DNA of 64,000 nt from Antedon mediterranea (Eukaryota > Animalia > Echinodermata): contig NC_092673.1 of the NCBI RefSeq assembly GCF_964355755.1, positions 34,965,648 to 35,029,647 of the forward strand. Reading direction: 5' to 3'. A program made the position numbers and the translations under genes. Shown one piece after another: positions 1-13,300 of the stretch; the stretch's first letter is position 1; each line of letters starts with the position of its first letter. The notes below the pieces were generated by a model, which was not told the DNA's origin, searched no databases, and saw nothing but the letters and a program-made list of their open reading frames with translations.

Positions 1-170
1 TTTTCTATTCACAATTACCCTACACGTTCTAGAACAGATATTCACATACCTATCCACAACACCAATTATTTTCAAAAAACAGTACTGTATTAGATACTCT
101 GGTTCATCAATGATGAACAGTCTACCTCCCCCAATTACAAATGCTGTACTTCATTTTCCAACAAATTAAA
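1..170 (+). pseudogene. Degenerate 3' end of an older LINE ORF2; its 3' UTR and tail appear to resume at 3946-4090
   Basis: Translation YPTRSRTDIHIPIHNTNYFQKTVLY resembles the C-terminal H-x-Y-x-TR region of L2/CR1-group ORF2. Segment 3946-4090 has an inverted pair cctccatag/ctatggagg, aataaa and a (GAAAT)n tail. Confidence 0.45.
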
Positions 171-221
171 ACGACACCCAATGTTAAACGACACCCAATG
201 TTAAACGACACCCAATGTTAA
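171..221. repeat. 17-bp tandem repeat x3 (acgacacccaatgttaa)
   Basis: Read directly from the sequence. Confidence 0.9.
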
Positions 222-249
222 ACTATTAAAAGATAACAATCGAATGTCG

Positions 250-3200
250 CAATTTGATTTTTGCTGCTGTACTTTGATCTTCTGTGGTTTTGAGTTTTAT
301 TTACTGATACTACAAACTGATTGATTTTTTATTTATTTCAAGATACACACATCTTCTCAGGATTATTTTTAGTAAAGCCATTGTTTCAACCAAGGAAGTC
401 CTTTGTTTCAGAGAAGTTTACTAATAGCATTGGAATGTAGGTTCTTTGTTCTCAGATGATTCAAAATGTTGCAGCTAATGAACAGTTCGTTTCTCTTTGC
501 TGTTTTGGCTTCAGCAATGTGTGTTATACGTATTAAAACAACGTATAAACCAACAATTGATGATGAATTCACACCCATTATGAATCGCCTGACAAAAGAC
601 AACTGGACATCTCCTACTTTATAAATCCTGACAACTTATCAATTAAATCTCCAATATGCCAACTACTTGCACTTTCCAAGAAAACCACCACACTTTGTCG
701 ATTAAAGAAGCAAAATCTGATCAAACTGAGTATCCTTATTATGATTGCTGGTGATGTTGCATCAAATCCTGGACCTGTTAACCAACAAGCACAAAATGAC
801 TTCAATTTAAACTGTTTCAAAAAACGAGGCTTACATTTTGTACACCTCAATATTCGTTCGCTACTTCCAAAAATTTCAGAACTCCGTTTACTAGCTCAAC
901 AAACCAAAGCGGCAGTATTAGCATTATCTGAAACTTGGTTAGACAACAGTGTAACAGATGCTGAAGTAGAGATTCAAGGTTATACAATCACAAGGAAAGA
1001 CAGAAATCGAAATGGAGGAGGAGTGTGTATCTACATAAGAAATGATGTATCGTTCAATACAAAACCTGAAATGAATATTGACAGTCTAGAATCAATTTGG
1101 ATTGATATATTGCTACCCAAGTCGAAACCTATTGCTGTTGGATGTTTTTATCGCCCTCCCACTTGTAAAGCATTTTTTGAAAACTTAGAGTCATCCTTCT
1201 TAAACTTAAGATCTGATTGTGAATTGTATCTTTTAGGTGATTTTAATATTAATTTTAATAGTCAAGATGAACCACTATTGAAAAGGTATAAAGATGTATT
1301 AAGTTTATTTAATTGTTCTCAAATTATAGACATCCCTACTAGAATAACCGATACTACAGCTACTACTCTTGATCATATAATTACCAATTCAAAAGAAAAA
1401 ATATTACAATATGGTACTTTAAATGTTGGTCTAAGTGATCACTTGATCACATATTGTACCCGTAAAATATGGAGATGTCAAATTAACAGACATAATACAA
1501 TACGTATTCGTAGCATGAGACATTACAATAAGGAGTCTTTGCTTAACAAACTTGCTAATGTTAATTGGGAGTCAACTTTATCATGTAACAAAGTAAATGA
1601 GGCTTGGTTTAAGTTTAAAACTGTATTTGTAGGTGTCATTGACGAAATAGCTCCTGTGAAAGAAGTTAGAATTAAATGTAGAACTGAACCTTGGATGAAT
1701 GATAATATCCTTCTGGATATTCGTCAAAGAGACAAACACCTATTTTTATTTAAGAAATTCCATTGTAAAGACATGTACTCTAAATATTGTAAATTAAGAA
1801 ATAAGATACAAAGAGAAAGCTAAGTTAAGAAAGCTAAATCAGAATATCTCAAAACTAAGATTGAGGAAAACAAGGGTAATCCCAAAAAACTTTGGCAAAC
1901 CCTAAAATCTACAGGTTTTAGTCAACAAAGTAAATCTCAAAATACAATTGTACTTAATAATAATGGTCATCCATGCACTGAACCATTTTCTGTAGCTAAT
2001 CTCTTCAACAAATTTTTCACTAATGTTGCTTCTTTGTTAACTGATAAATTACCAAATTGTAATAATATATTTGGTGTTAATACTACACCCTTCAAACAAT
2101 ACTATAAGAACAAAGGGATAAAGAAGAACAGTTTCGTTTTACAAACTATATCTAATGATTTTGTACTTGACCAACTAAATTCTTTAAATCCTAGCAAAAG
2201 TACAGGACTTGATAACATTCCTGCTAGATTTCTTAAGGATGGAGCTAATATTATTGTTCAGCCAATAACACATATTGTTAATTTATCATTATCTCTAAAG
2301 GTTTTTCCTAATGATATGAAATTTGCTAAGGTCACACCATTATTTAAAAAGAACAATAGGCAGGAAGTTAGTAATTATAGACCTATTAGCATCTTACCAG
2401 TAATATCTAAGATAATCGAAAAAGCTGTTTTTGTACAATTACATAACTATCTCAATGAAAACAATGTAATTAATGATTTTCAATCAGGTTTTAGAGGAAA
2501 TTATTCTACTGATACTGCCTTAATTAATTTAACCGATCATATAAGATCTGAAATATCTAAAGGTAACTTTACAGGTTTGGTGGTCCTTGACATACAAAAG
2601 GCTTTTGATACAGTCAACCATCAGATATTATTGCAAAAACTGGTTCATATGGGCATTGATAAAGATTCTTTATTATGGTTTGAATCATATTTGAAAGATC
2701 GCAAACAAATTAGATCAGTAAATGGCGTTCAGTCTCAACCATGTACTATATCTAGCGGAGTTCCGCAAGGTAGCATTTTAGGACCTCTTTTATTCATATG
2801 CTACATGAATGACATCCCAATTAGTGTAAATTGCAATATTATGTTATATGCTGATGATACAATATTGTTGTCTTCTGGTAATGATATTAGACAAATAGCT
2901 AATGATTTAAGTTCAAACCTGGAATCATGTAACAACTGGCTTATAAACAACAAACTATCATTACATCCTGATAAAACTGAATCAATATTGTTCGGTACTA
3001 AAAGAAAACTTAAGAATGTTCATGATTTTGCTGTTATGTTTAAAAATAAGTTGATATGTAAGAAGAATATGATCTCATATCTTGGTTGTTTGCTTGATGA
3101 AGACCTGTCTGGAGAATCTATGGTTCAAAAAGTTCTTAGTAAGACTAATTCAAGACTTAAATTTTTGTATAGACATTCTGCATGTCTAAATTTCTTTTCT

Positions 3201-3945
3201 CGTAAAATTCTATGTTCGGCACTGATTACTTGTCACTTTGACTATGCATGTTGCTCCTGGTTTTCCGGTGTTTCTAAAAAACTTAAACAAAGACTCCAAA
3301 CCAGTCAAAATAAAGTTGCTAGGTTTATATTAAATAAAAATAATCGTGCACATATTGGTAAAGACGAACTGAACCAAATCGGTCAATTATGTCTAGAGGA
3401 TAGAATTTGCCAACTCAAACTTAATCATGTTCATAAGATTTTTTATGGAAAATCAGTACATTATTTGACTGAAAAGTTTCAAAGAGTTTCATCTAACCAC
3501 CATTATATGACTAGAAGTAGTGTCAATGGTTTTTCAGTTCCTAAATCTGATAGTCAGATATCTAAAACGTTTTATTATAAAGGCATGGAATAACCTACCT
3601 CATTCCATTCAACAAATAGAAAACAAATTTAATTTTAAGAAAAATGTTAAATCACATTTCTGTTCTACCAAATAATTGTATAAGTCAATCATAATCTTTA
3701 ATTTATTTTGTTTTTTATATTATTGTTTTTGTAATATTTACGTGTTTAATGCAATACTTTGTAATGTTTATATTTTTTATTTTAGATTGTAAAAGGATCC
3801 CAATGGAAATAAGCTGATAAGCTTTTTGGGCTATCCTGGAAAGTCTTTTATAAATGTATTATTTGTAATGTCCGTAATTTATGTAATCACTTTGTATGTA
3901 TTTTTTATGATGATTTTCCAAATAAATTCAAATCAAATCAAATCA
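250..3945 (+). mobile_element. Non-LTR retrotransposon, CR1/L2 (Crack-like) group, near full length, ORF disrupted
   Basis: APE endonuclease motifs (HLNIRSL, LSETWL, GGGVCIY, YRPP, GDFN, TLDHI, SDH) and RT motifs (NYRPIS, QSGFR, LDIQKAFDTV, GVPQGSILGP, YADDT). The 3' UTR has AATGGAAATAAG, aataaa and an (AATCA)n tail ending at 3945. The 5' boundary is approximate. Confidence 0.9.
741..3675 (+). pseudogene. LINE endonuclease/reverse transcriptase ORF with one in-frame stop and one 3' frameshift
   Basis: ORFs 741-1823 and 2034-3593 are in the same frame. The TAA at 1821-1823 lies in an apparent 6-bp insertion (agctaa), after which VKKAKSEY...KKLWQTLK continues. Near 3585 a frameshift moves the conserved WNNLP...FKKNVKSHF tail to another frame, with its stop at 3673-3675. 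Confidence 0.85.
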
Positions 3946-4300
3946 TTATGCCTTCCTCCATAGGCTCTTTTCTTTTGTCCATCCAACAATCATCATGACC
4001 TTTATTATTTTACCATTATCATTTCTGTTCTATTTTGTTGTATTGTATTGCTATGGAGGAAAATAAATGTCTTTTGAAATGAAATGAAAAACGTGCTGGG
4101 CGTTACAAATAAAATGTGTTCTTTGTGCATATCGTTTCAGCCAGAGATGTAAGGATATTGACCTACAAAACTGGCGAGACTTTATATTTATATTTTCTAT
4201 ATATAAACACATTAGGCAATGAAATATATAAAACTTTGATAAAAAAGATGCCTTATCATTTCTCTTTACTAACTTGAAACTTACTAATTGTATTTAACAG

Positions 4301-7300
4301 CTATAAAGATGTTTCTGAAAGAACAACAACAACAATCATATCAAGATATGAACCTAATGGGAACAGCAGTTTTTAATGAAGAACACAAAGTTAACATTGC
4401 AGACGTATTCACAGATCTCAAGTTACTTCAATCTACAAAATTAAAACAAGTTGACCAAGCAAAAAGACGGCAAGATGCTAAACCAACAAATTTAGTATAT
4501 GTGTTGAAGATGATAAAATATAGAAGTTCATGTAAAGTTCTAATAACAGGTAAAGGGGGGATGGGAAAGACAACTGTTCTCAGATACATTACATATAACT
4601 GGGCTAATGATAAGGATGATACATTTTCTGACAAAGTATTGTTTCTGTTAAATATCAGAGACATAAAGGAAGGAAAGACGATCATAGATACTATTGTAGA
4701 TGACATTAACCTTGAAAAAATTCCTAAATCTGTAAAAGAAAAATCCAAAAAAGATCCTAAAGAATTGATTAAAACATTCATGATAGAAAATGAGAATGAA
4801 ATAGTTATACTATTAGATGGATTAGATGAGTTAAAGCAAGGTGCTAAAAAACCATTACAATTATTGAAATTTAAATCTGACTATAAATATACCACAATAA
4901 TAACATCACGGCCTGAAAATATTACAGCATTTGTTGAAAACTGTAATTTCCATGTTGAAGCTAATGGATTTAGTGAAGAAAGTATGAAGCTTTATATTCA
5001 GAAATATTTCAAAGAAAATCCTAAATTAGGAAAAATGTTAATAAATAAATTGAATTTTAATTCAGAAAATAATTCTGATTCAGAGGATTCAAATTTAAAA
5101 GATTCTGATCCCAAAATTTCAGATTTAGAAGATTCAAGTTCTGAGCATTCCGATTCAGTAGACAAATATCCAGATTCATTCAGAAATATAGATATAATTG
5201 AACTGTGTTCATCTCCTTTATTATTACTTCTAATTTGTAGCATTTGGGAAGAATCAAGAAAGCTTCCCAATGATTTGCCAGATCTTTTCAAAGAACTAAT
5301 TTGTTGCATTTTAAATCAATATTTATCCAAAATAAATAGTCAAGGGAAGAAATCTGCAATTGCAAATTTTGAACAAATTCAAGGTGATTATAAAACTGCT
5401 ATCCTAGCATTAGGCCAATGTATTTATGAACGACTAAAAACAAATGAACTGATAATTGACAAGTCTAATTTCACAAATATGTGTGATGATAAATCAATAG
5501 TGGACTTGGCACTCAAAATTGGATTTGTTTACAAAAAGCCACCTCTTAATAAAAGAGATAAAAAAGAGATGTTTTCTCCCCCACACAAGCTAGTTTCGGA
5601 GGCATTAGCAGGGTTTTACCTTTCTGATAAGTGTCATTCAGATGATTTGAAGGAGAAAGAGTGTGACATGATAATATCTAATAAACATCTACATATGACA
5701 ATCATATTCACTATAGGATTCCTAGGTGCTGATGCTGGTAGATTAATGAAACATTGGTTGAAGGTAAAAGCTTCAAACTTGTATTCACTAGCAAAATATT
5801 TCAAATATGTAAAGGCAGAACATGAACCTTCTGTAATAGAAGAATTGGAAGCAAAGATATCAAGTGATAATGTACTTAAAGAAACATGTTTAGAAATGTC
5901 CAATTCATTTAGATGTGCTTTGGGTTATATTAACCCCTTGGGTGAGAAAATAGCAACATCACAAATGCAATTGGTACAACTTATGAGCAGATGTTATGGT
6001 TTTTTGAATGAACAGTGGAATTCAGTAATTATGGAGGAAAGACCCACTAAACCATCTACAGAATTTTGTACTATGGTAGTTCATTTCTTAATATTCATGT
6101 ATTCACCAATAAGTGACGATGAAAAAGTAGTTAAAATAAAATCATTAGTAGAAGACAATGAGATTGATGCTATTGAAACTATAATGAACACATTTCAATT
6201 TCAATATGGCTTTAAAAATATTTCATTTGATAAATCACAGAGTCCTAATTTCTTGATACATTGTTTGAAATATTCACACAACCTGAAAAATATCTATTTT
6301 AAACCTGAGAGTCTAACCATTATTACATTAATCCAGATTCTTGAAAATATCTTGCCACTTGACCTAACGCTTCATATTGAAAAGAATGATTTAAGTAATA
6401 TTGATGTTGTTTCACTTTCTAGGTTGGTGAATCTAGTTGAGAAGTTTACATTTAGACACTGTAACCTATCAGTTGATCACCTAAATGCTCTTATAAATTT
6501 CTGTTATGAACATGGTAAGATATTAACATGGGATACGTTGAGTTTAAGTAGGATTAACCTAGCTTCTATTGAAGGATCACAATTGGCTTGTTTATTAAAA
6601 TTCTCTCCAAAATTAAAAGCACTTAAAATGATTAATTGCCATCTCTCAGCTAGTATTATAAAAGATTTATTGAAGGAATGTGATAGAAACAAGGTGGTAT
6701 TGAAGCCTGACATGTTTCATCTAAAGGGAAACAATCTTTCAGAAATTGACGGTGCTTCACTGTTTCGGTTGGTGAATCTTAATCCTTCACAGGATTTTGT
6801 CGGTGATTATGTCAATAAACATTTGTATGATACTTATTTTGAATTTAGTGATTATAGCATGTCCGTTGATAACCTACGAGGTCTTGCAGATGCCTGTTAT
6901 GAACATGGTAGTATGTTGACATGGAAAGAGTTGAGTTTAAGTGGGATTAACCTGTCTTCAATTGAAGGATCAAAAATAGCTTGTTTATTAAAATTCTCTC
7001 CAGAACTAAAATATCTTGATATGAGTAATTGCCTTCTCTCGGGTAGTATTATAATAGATTTATTGAATGAATGTGAAAAAATAAATGTGGTATTGAAACC
7101 TGGTATGCTGGATCTAAAGGGAAACAATCTTTCAAATATTGATTGTGTTTCCCTATCTAGGTTGGTGGACCTAATGTTTATAGTTTACACGTTTGAATGG
7201 TGTGATTACAGTCTGTCAGTTGATAACTTAAGAGGTCTTGCAGATGCCTGTTATGAACATGGTAGGATATTGACATGGGAAAAGTTGAATTTAAGTGGAA

Positions 7301-10300
7301 TTAACCTAGCTTCAATTAGAGGATCCAAATTAGCTTGTTTATTAAAATTCTCTCCACAACTACGACGTCTTGACATGAGTAATTGCCTCAATCTCTCGGG
7401 TAGTATTATAAAAGATTTATTGAATGAATGTGATAAAAACAATGTAGTATTGAAACCTGGAATGCTTGATCTAAAGGGAAATAATCTTTCAGGTATTGAT
7501 GGCAGTACACTATTTAGGTTGGTAGATTCAAATTGTATAAACTATTCTACTTTTAAATGGTATGATTATAGCCTGTCAGTTGACAACCTAAAAGGTCTTG
7601 TAAATGACTGTAATGAACATGGTAGGATATTGAAATGGAAAGAGTTGAGTTTAAGTGGGATTAACCTAGATTCAATTGAAGGATCAAAATTAGCTTGTTT
7701 ATTAAATTTCTCCCCACAACTAGAACATCTTGATATGAGTAATTGTCATCTCTCAGGTAGTATTATAAAAGATTTATTGAATGAATGTGATAAAATCAAT
7801 GTGGTATTGAAACCTCACATGCTGTATTTAAAGGGAAACAATCTTTCGGAAATTGATGATAGTACACGCTTTAGGTTGGTTGATCTAATTGATATGGATG
7901 ATGACACTTTTAAATGGTGTGATTATAGCCTGTCAGTTGATAACTTAAGAGGTCTTGCAGATGCCTCTTATGAGCATGGTAGAATATTGACATGGGAAAA
8001 GTTGAATTTAAGTAGGATTAACCTATCTTCAATTAGAGGATCAAAATTAGCTTGTTTATTAAAATTTTCTCCACAACTACGACATCTTGATATGAGTAAT
8101 TGCCATCTCTCAGTTAGTATTATAAAAGATTTATTGAATGAATGTGATAAAAACAATGTAGTATTGAAACCTGGCATGCTTGATCTAAAGGGAAACAATC
8201 TTTCAGGTATTGATGGTGTTTCCCTATCTAGGTTGCTGGACCTAATGTGTAAAGTTTACACTTTTATATGGTGTGATTATAGCCTGTCAGTTGACAACCT
8301 AAAAGGTCTTGTAAATGACTGTAATGAACATGGTAGGATATTGACATGGAAAGAGTTGAGTTTAAGTGGGATTAACCTAGATTCAATTGAAGGATCAAAA
8401 TTAGCTTGTTTATTAAAATTCTCCCCACAACTAGAACGTCTTGATATGAGGAATTGTCATCTCTCAGGTAGTATGATAAAAGATTTATTGAATGCATGTG
8501 ATAAAATCAATGTGGTATTGAAACCTCACATGCTGTATTTAAAGAGAAACAATCTTTGGGAAATTGATGGTAGTACACTCTTTAGGTTGGTTGATCTAAT
8601 TGATATGGATTATGACACTTTTAAATGGTGTGATTATAGCATGTCAGTTGATAACCTAAGATGTCTTGCAGATGCCTGTTATGAGCATGGTAGTATGTTG
8701 ACATGGGAAAAGATGAGTTTAAGTGGAATTAACCTAGCTTCTATTGAAGGATTACAATTGGCTTGTTTATTAAAATTCTCTCCACAACTACAACATCTTG
8801 ATATGAGTAATTGCCATTTCTCGGGTAGTATTATAAAAGATTTATTGAAGGAATGTGATAAAAACAATGTGGTATTGAAACCTGGCATGCTTGATCTAAA
8901 GGGAAACAATCTTTCAGAAATTGATGGTGCTTCACTGTTTCGGTTGGTGAATCTTAATCCTTCACAGGATTTTGTCGATGATTATGTTTATGGACATTTG
9001 TATGATGATGCTTATTTTGAATTTAGTGATTATAGCCTGTCAGTTGATAACCTAAGAGGTCTTGCAGATGCCTGTTATGAACATGGTAGTATGTTGACAT
9101 GGGAAAAGTTGAGTTTAAGTAGGATTAACCTAGCTTCTATTGAAGGATCACAATTGGCTTGTTTATTAAAATTCTCTCCAAAATTAAAAGCACTTAACAT
9201 GAGTAATTGCCATCTCTCAGGTAGTATTATTAAAGATTTATTGAATGAATGTGATAAAAACAATGTGGTATTGAAACCTGGCATGTTTCATCTAAAGGGA
9301 AACAATCTTTCAGAAATTGATGGTGCTTCACTGTTTCGGTTGGTGAATCTTAATCCTTCACAGGATTTTGTCGGTGATTATGTTTATGGACATTTGTATG
9401 ATGCTCATTTTGAATTTATTGATTATAGCCTGTCAGTTGATAACCTACGAGGTCTTGCGGATGCCTGTTATGAACATGGTAGGTTATTAACATTGGCAAA
9501 GTTGAATTTAAGTTGGATTAACCTAGCTTCAATAGAAGGATCAAACATAGCTTGTTTATTAAAATTCTCTCCACAACTAAAACATCTTGATATGAGTAAT
9601 TGCCATCTCGCAGGTAGTATTATAAAAGATTTATTGAATGAATGTGATAAAAGCAATGTTTTATTGAAACCTGGCATGTTTGATCTACGCGGAAACAATC
9701 TTTCAGATATTGATGGTGTTTCACTTTTTACGCTAGTGGATCTTAATTGCATAAAGTATTTTGCTTCTTATTGTTGGTGTTATTATCACTTATCAGTTGA
9801 TAACCTAAAACGTCTTGTAGAAACATGGGATAAACATGGTAGGATATTGATATGTGAAGAGATGAATTTTAGTGGGCTTGACCTGTCTTCAATTGAAGGA
9901 TCAAAATTAGCTTGTTTATTAAAATTCTCTCCACAACTAAAACATCTTGATATGAGTAATTGCCATCTCTCAGGTAGTATTATAAAAGATTTATTGAATG
10001 AATGTGATAAAAAGAATGTTGTATTAAAACCTCAATTGCTTGATCTAAATGGAAATAATCTTTCAGATATTGATGGTAGTACACTATTTAGGTTGATGGA
10101 TCTAATTTATATAAATTGTTCCAATTTTACATGGTGTGATTATAGCCTGTCAGTAGATACCCTTAGAGGTCATATAGATGCCTGTTGTGAACATGGTAGG
10201 ATATTGAATTGGAAGTGGTTGAATTTAAGTGGGATTAACCTATCTTCAATTGAAGGATCAAAATTAGCTTGTTTATTGAAATTTTCTCCAGAACTACAAC

Positions 10301-13300
10301 ATATCGATATGAGTAATTGTAATCTCTCAGGCAGTATTATAAAAGATTTATTGAATGAATGTGATAAAAACAATGTAGTATTGAAACCTGGTATGCTTGA
10401 TATTAAAGGAAACGATCTGTCAGAAATTGATGATGATTCACTTTTTAGGTTGATGCATCTAATTTCCAAAAGTACTGATCAATATTATTATAATTGGCCT
10501 ACAGAGCATTTTGTATGGAATAATTATAAAATGTCAGTTAATAATCTCAGAAGTTTTATAGATACCTGTTATGAACATGGTAGGATATTGAATTTGGATA
10601 GTTTGAATTTAAGTGGGATTAACCTAGCTTCAATTGAAGGATCAAAATTATCTTGTTTATTAAAATCATCTTCACAACTAAAATGTTTTGATTTGAGTAA
10701 TTGTAATCTTTCAGGTAGTATTATAAAAGATTTATTGAAAGAATGTGATAAAAACAATGTTGTGTTGAAACCTGGCATGCTTGAACTACAAGAAAACAAT
10801 CTTTCTGATATTGATGGTGTTTCATTTTATAGGTTGATAAATTTAAATTGCATGGATTGCTACGCTTCTGAATGGTGGTGTGATTATAGCTTATCAGTTG
10901 AAAACATAAAAAACCTTGTAGATACATGGGATGAACATGGTAGGATATTGATATTGAAAAGAATGAATTTGAGTGGGCTTAACCTATCTTCAATTGAAGG
11001 ATCAAAATTAGCTTGTTTATTGAAATTTTCTCCAGAACTACAACATCTTGATATGAGTAACTGCCATATCTCAGGTAGTATTATAAAAGATTTATTCAAT
11101 GAATGTGATAAAAACAATGTGGTATTAAAACCTGGCATGTTTTATCTAAAAGGAAACAATCTGTCAGATATTGATGATGATACACTTTTTAGGTTGATGC
11201 ATCTAATTTTTAAATGCAATATGGATCAATATGGTTATTGTTCCCTATGTTATTTTGCATGGAATGATTATAACCTGTCAGTTAATAATCTAAGAGGTTT
11301 TTTGGATACATTGGATAAACATGGTCAGATATTGGATTTGTATATTTTGAATTTAAGTGGGTTTAACCTATCTTCAATTGAAGGATCAAAACTGGCTTGT
11401 TTATTGAAATTGTCACCACAACTACAACAACTTGATTTGAGTAATTGTCATCTCTCTGGTAGTATTATAAAAGATTTATTAAATGAATGTGATAAAATCA
11501 GTGTGGTATTGAAACCTGGTATGCTTGATCTAAATGGAAACAATATTTCAGATGTTGATGGTAATACACTATTTAGGTTGGTGGATCTAAATTGTATAAA
11601 GCATTCCACTTTTAAATGGGATGATTATATCCTTACCGTTGATGACTTAAGAGGTTTTATTAATGACTGTTGTGAACATGGAAAGACTTTAACATGGAAA
11701 AAGTTGAGTTTAAGTGGGCTTAACCTAGCTTCAATTGAAGTAATAAAATTAGCTTATTTATTAAAATTTTCTCCAGAACTACAACATCTTGATATGAGTA
11801 ATTGCCATCTTTCAGGTAGTATTATAAAAGATTTATTCAATGAATGTGATAAAAACAGTGTGGTATTGAAACCTGGCATGCTTGATCTAAAGGGAAACAA
11901 TCTTTCAGATATCAATGGTAGTACACTATTTAGATTGATAAATTTAAAGTTGATGGAGTGTTCTGCTTCTGAATGGTGGTGTGATTATAGCCTATCAGTT
12001 GATAACCTGAAAAGTCTTATGGATGCATGTGATGAGCATGGTAGGATATTAAAATCGAAAACGTTAACATTAAGTGGGATTAACCTATCTTCAATTGAGG
12101 TATCAACATTAGCTTTTTTCTTAAAATTCTCTCCCAAACTACAACATCTTGATATGAGTAATTGCCATCTTTCAGGTAGTATTATGAAAGATTTATTGAA
12201 TGAATGTGACAAAAACAATGTGGTATTGAAACATGGCATGCTTGATCTAAAAGGAAACAACCTTTCAGATATTGATGGTAGTACACTATTTAGGTTGGTG
12301 GAATCAAATTGTATGAATTATTCCATTTTTAAATGGAATGATTATAGCATGTCAGTTGATAACCTAAGAGGTTTTATAGATGCCTGTTATAAACATGGTA
12401 GGATATTGACATGGGAAAGGTTGAATTTAAGTGGGATTAACCTATCTTCAGTTAAAGGATCAAGATTAGCTTGCTTATTAAAATTCTGTCCATATTTAAA
12501 ACATCTTGGTTTGAGATATTGCCATCTCTCAGGTAGTATTATAAATAAATTATTGAATGAATGTAATAAAAACAATGTGGTATTGAAAAATGGCATGTTT
12601 GATCTAAGGGGAAATAATCTTTCAGATATTGATGGTGTTACATTTTTTGAGTTGATAAATCTAATTGATAGCAATTATTACACTTTTGATTGGTGGTATT
12701 ATAGCCTATCGGTTGATAACCTGAAAAGTCTTGTAAAAGTATTGGATAAACATGATAGGATATTGACATGGAAAAAGTTAAATTTAAGTTTGATCAACTT
12801 ATCTTCAATTAAAGGATCACATTTGGCTATTTTATTAAAATTTTCTCCAACACTACAATATCTTAACATGAGTAATTGTCATCTCTCAGGTAGTATTATG
12901 AAAGATTTATTGAAAAAATGTGATAAAAACAATGTGGTGTTAAAACCTGATATGCTTGATCTAAAGAGAAACAATCTTTCAGATATTGATGCTCTTTCAC
13001 TTTTTTGGTTGGTACACTTAAATTGTATGGATTTTTGCACTTTCAAATGGAATTGTTATAGCCTGTCAGTTAATAACCTAAAGAGTATTATAGATTTCTG
13101 TTATGAACATCTTGGAATGTTGACATGGGAAAGATTGGACTTAAGTGGGCTTAACCTACTTTCAATTGATGGATCAACATTAGCTTATTTATTAGAATTC
13201 TCTCCAGAACTACAACATCTTGATATACGTAATTGTCATCTCTCAGGTAGTATTATAAAAGATATGTTGAATGAATGTGATAAAAACAATGTGGTATTGA

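Noticed and set aside
4141-4148. Possible micro-exon tttcAG|CCAGAGAT|GTAAGG before the NACHT exon
   Set aside because: At 8 nt it would break the phase-1 pattern of the paralog, and it has no counterpart in gene 2. It cannot be supported without RNA data.
4288-4300. TTG start of the 3252-aa ORF
   Set aside because: These bases are intronic (branch and acceptor region conserved with the paralog); the true exon starts at 4301.
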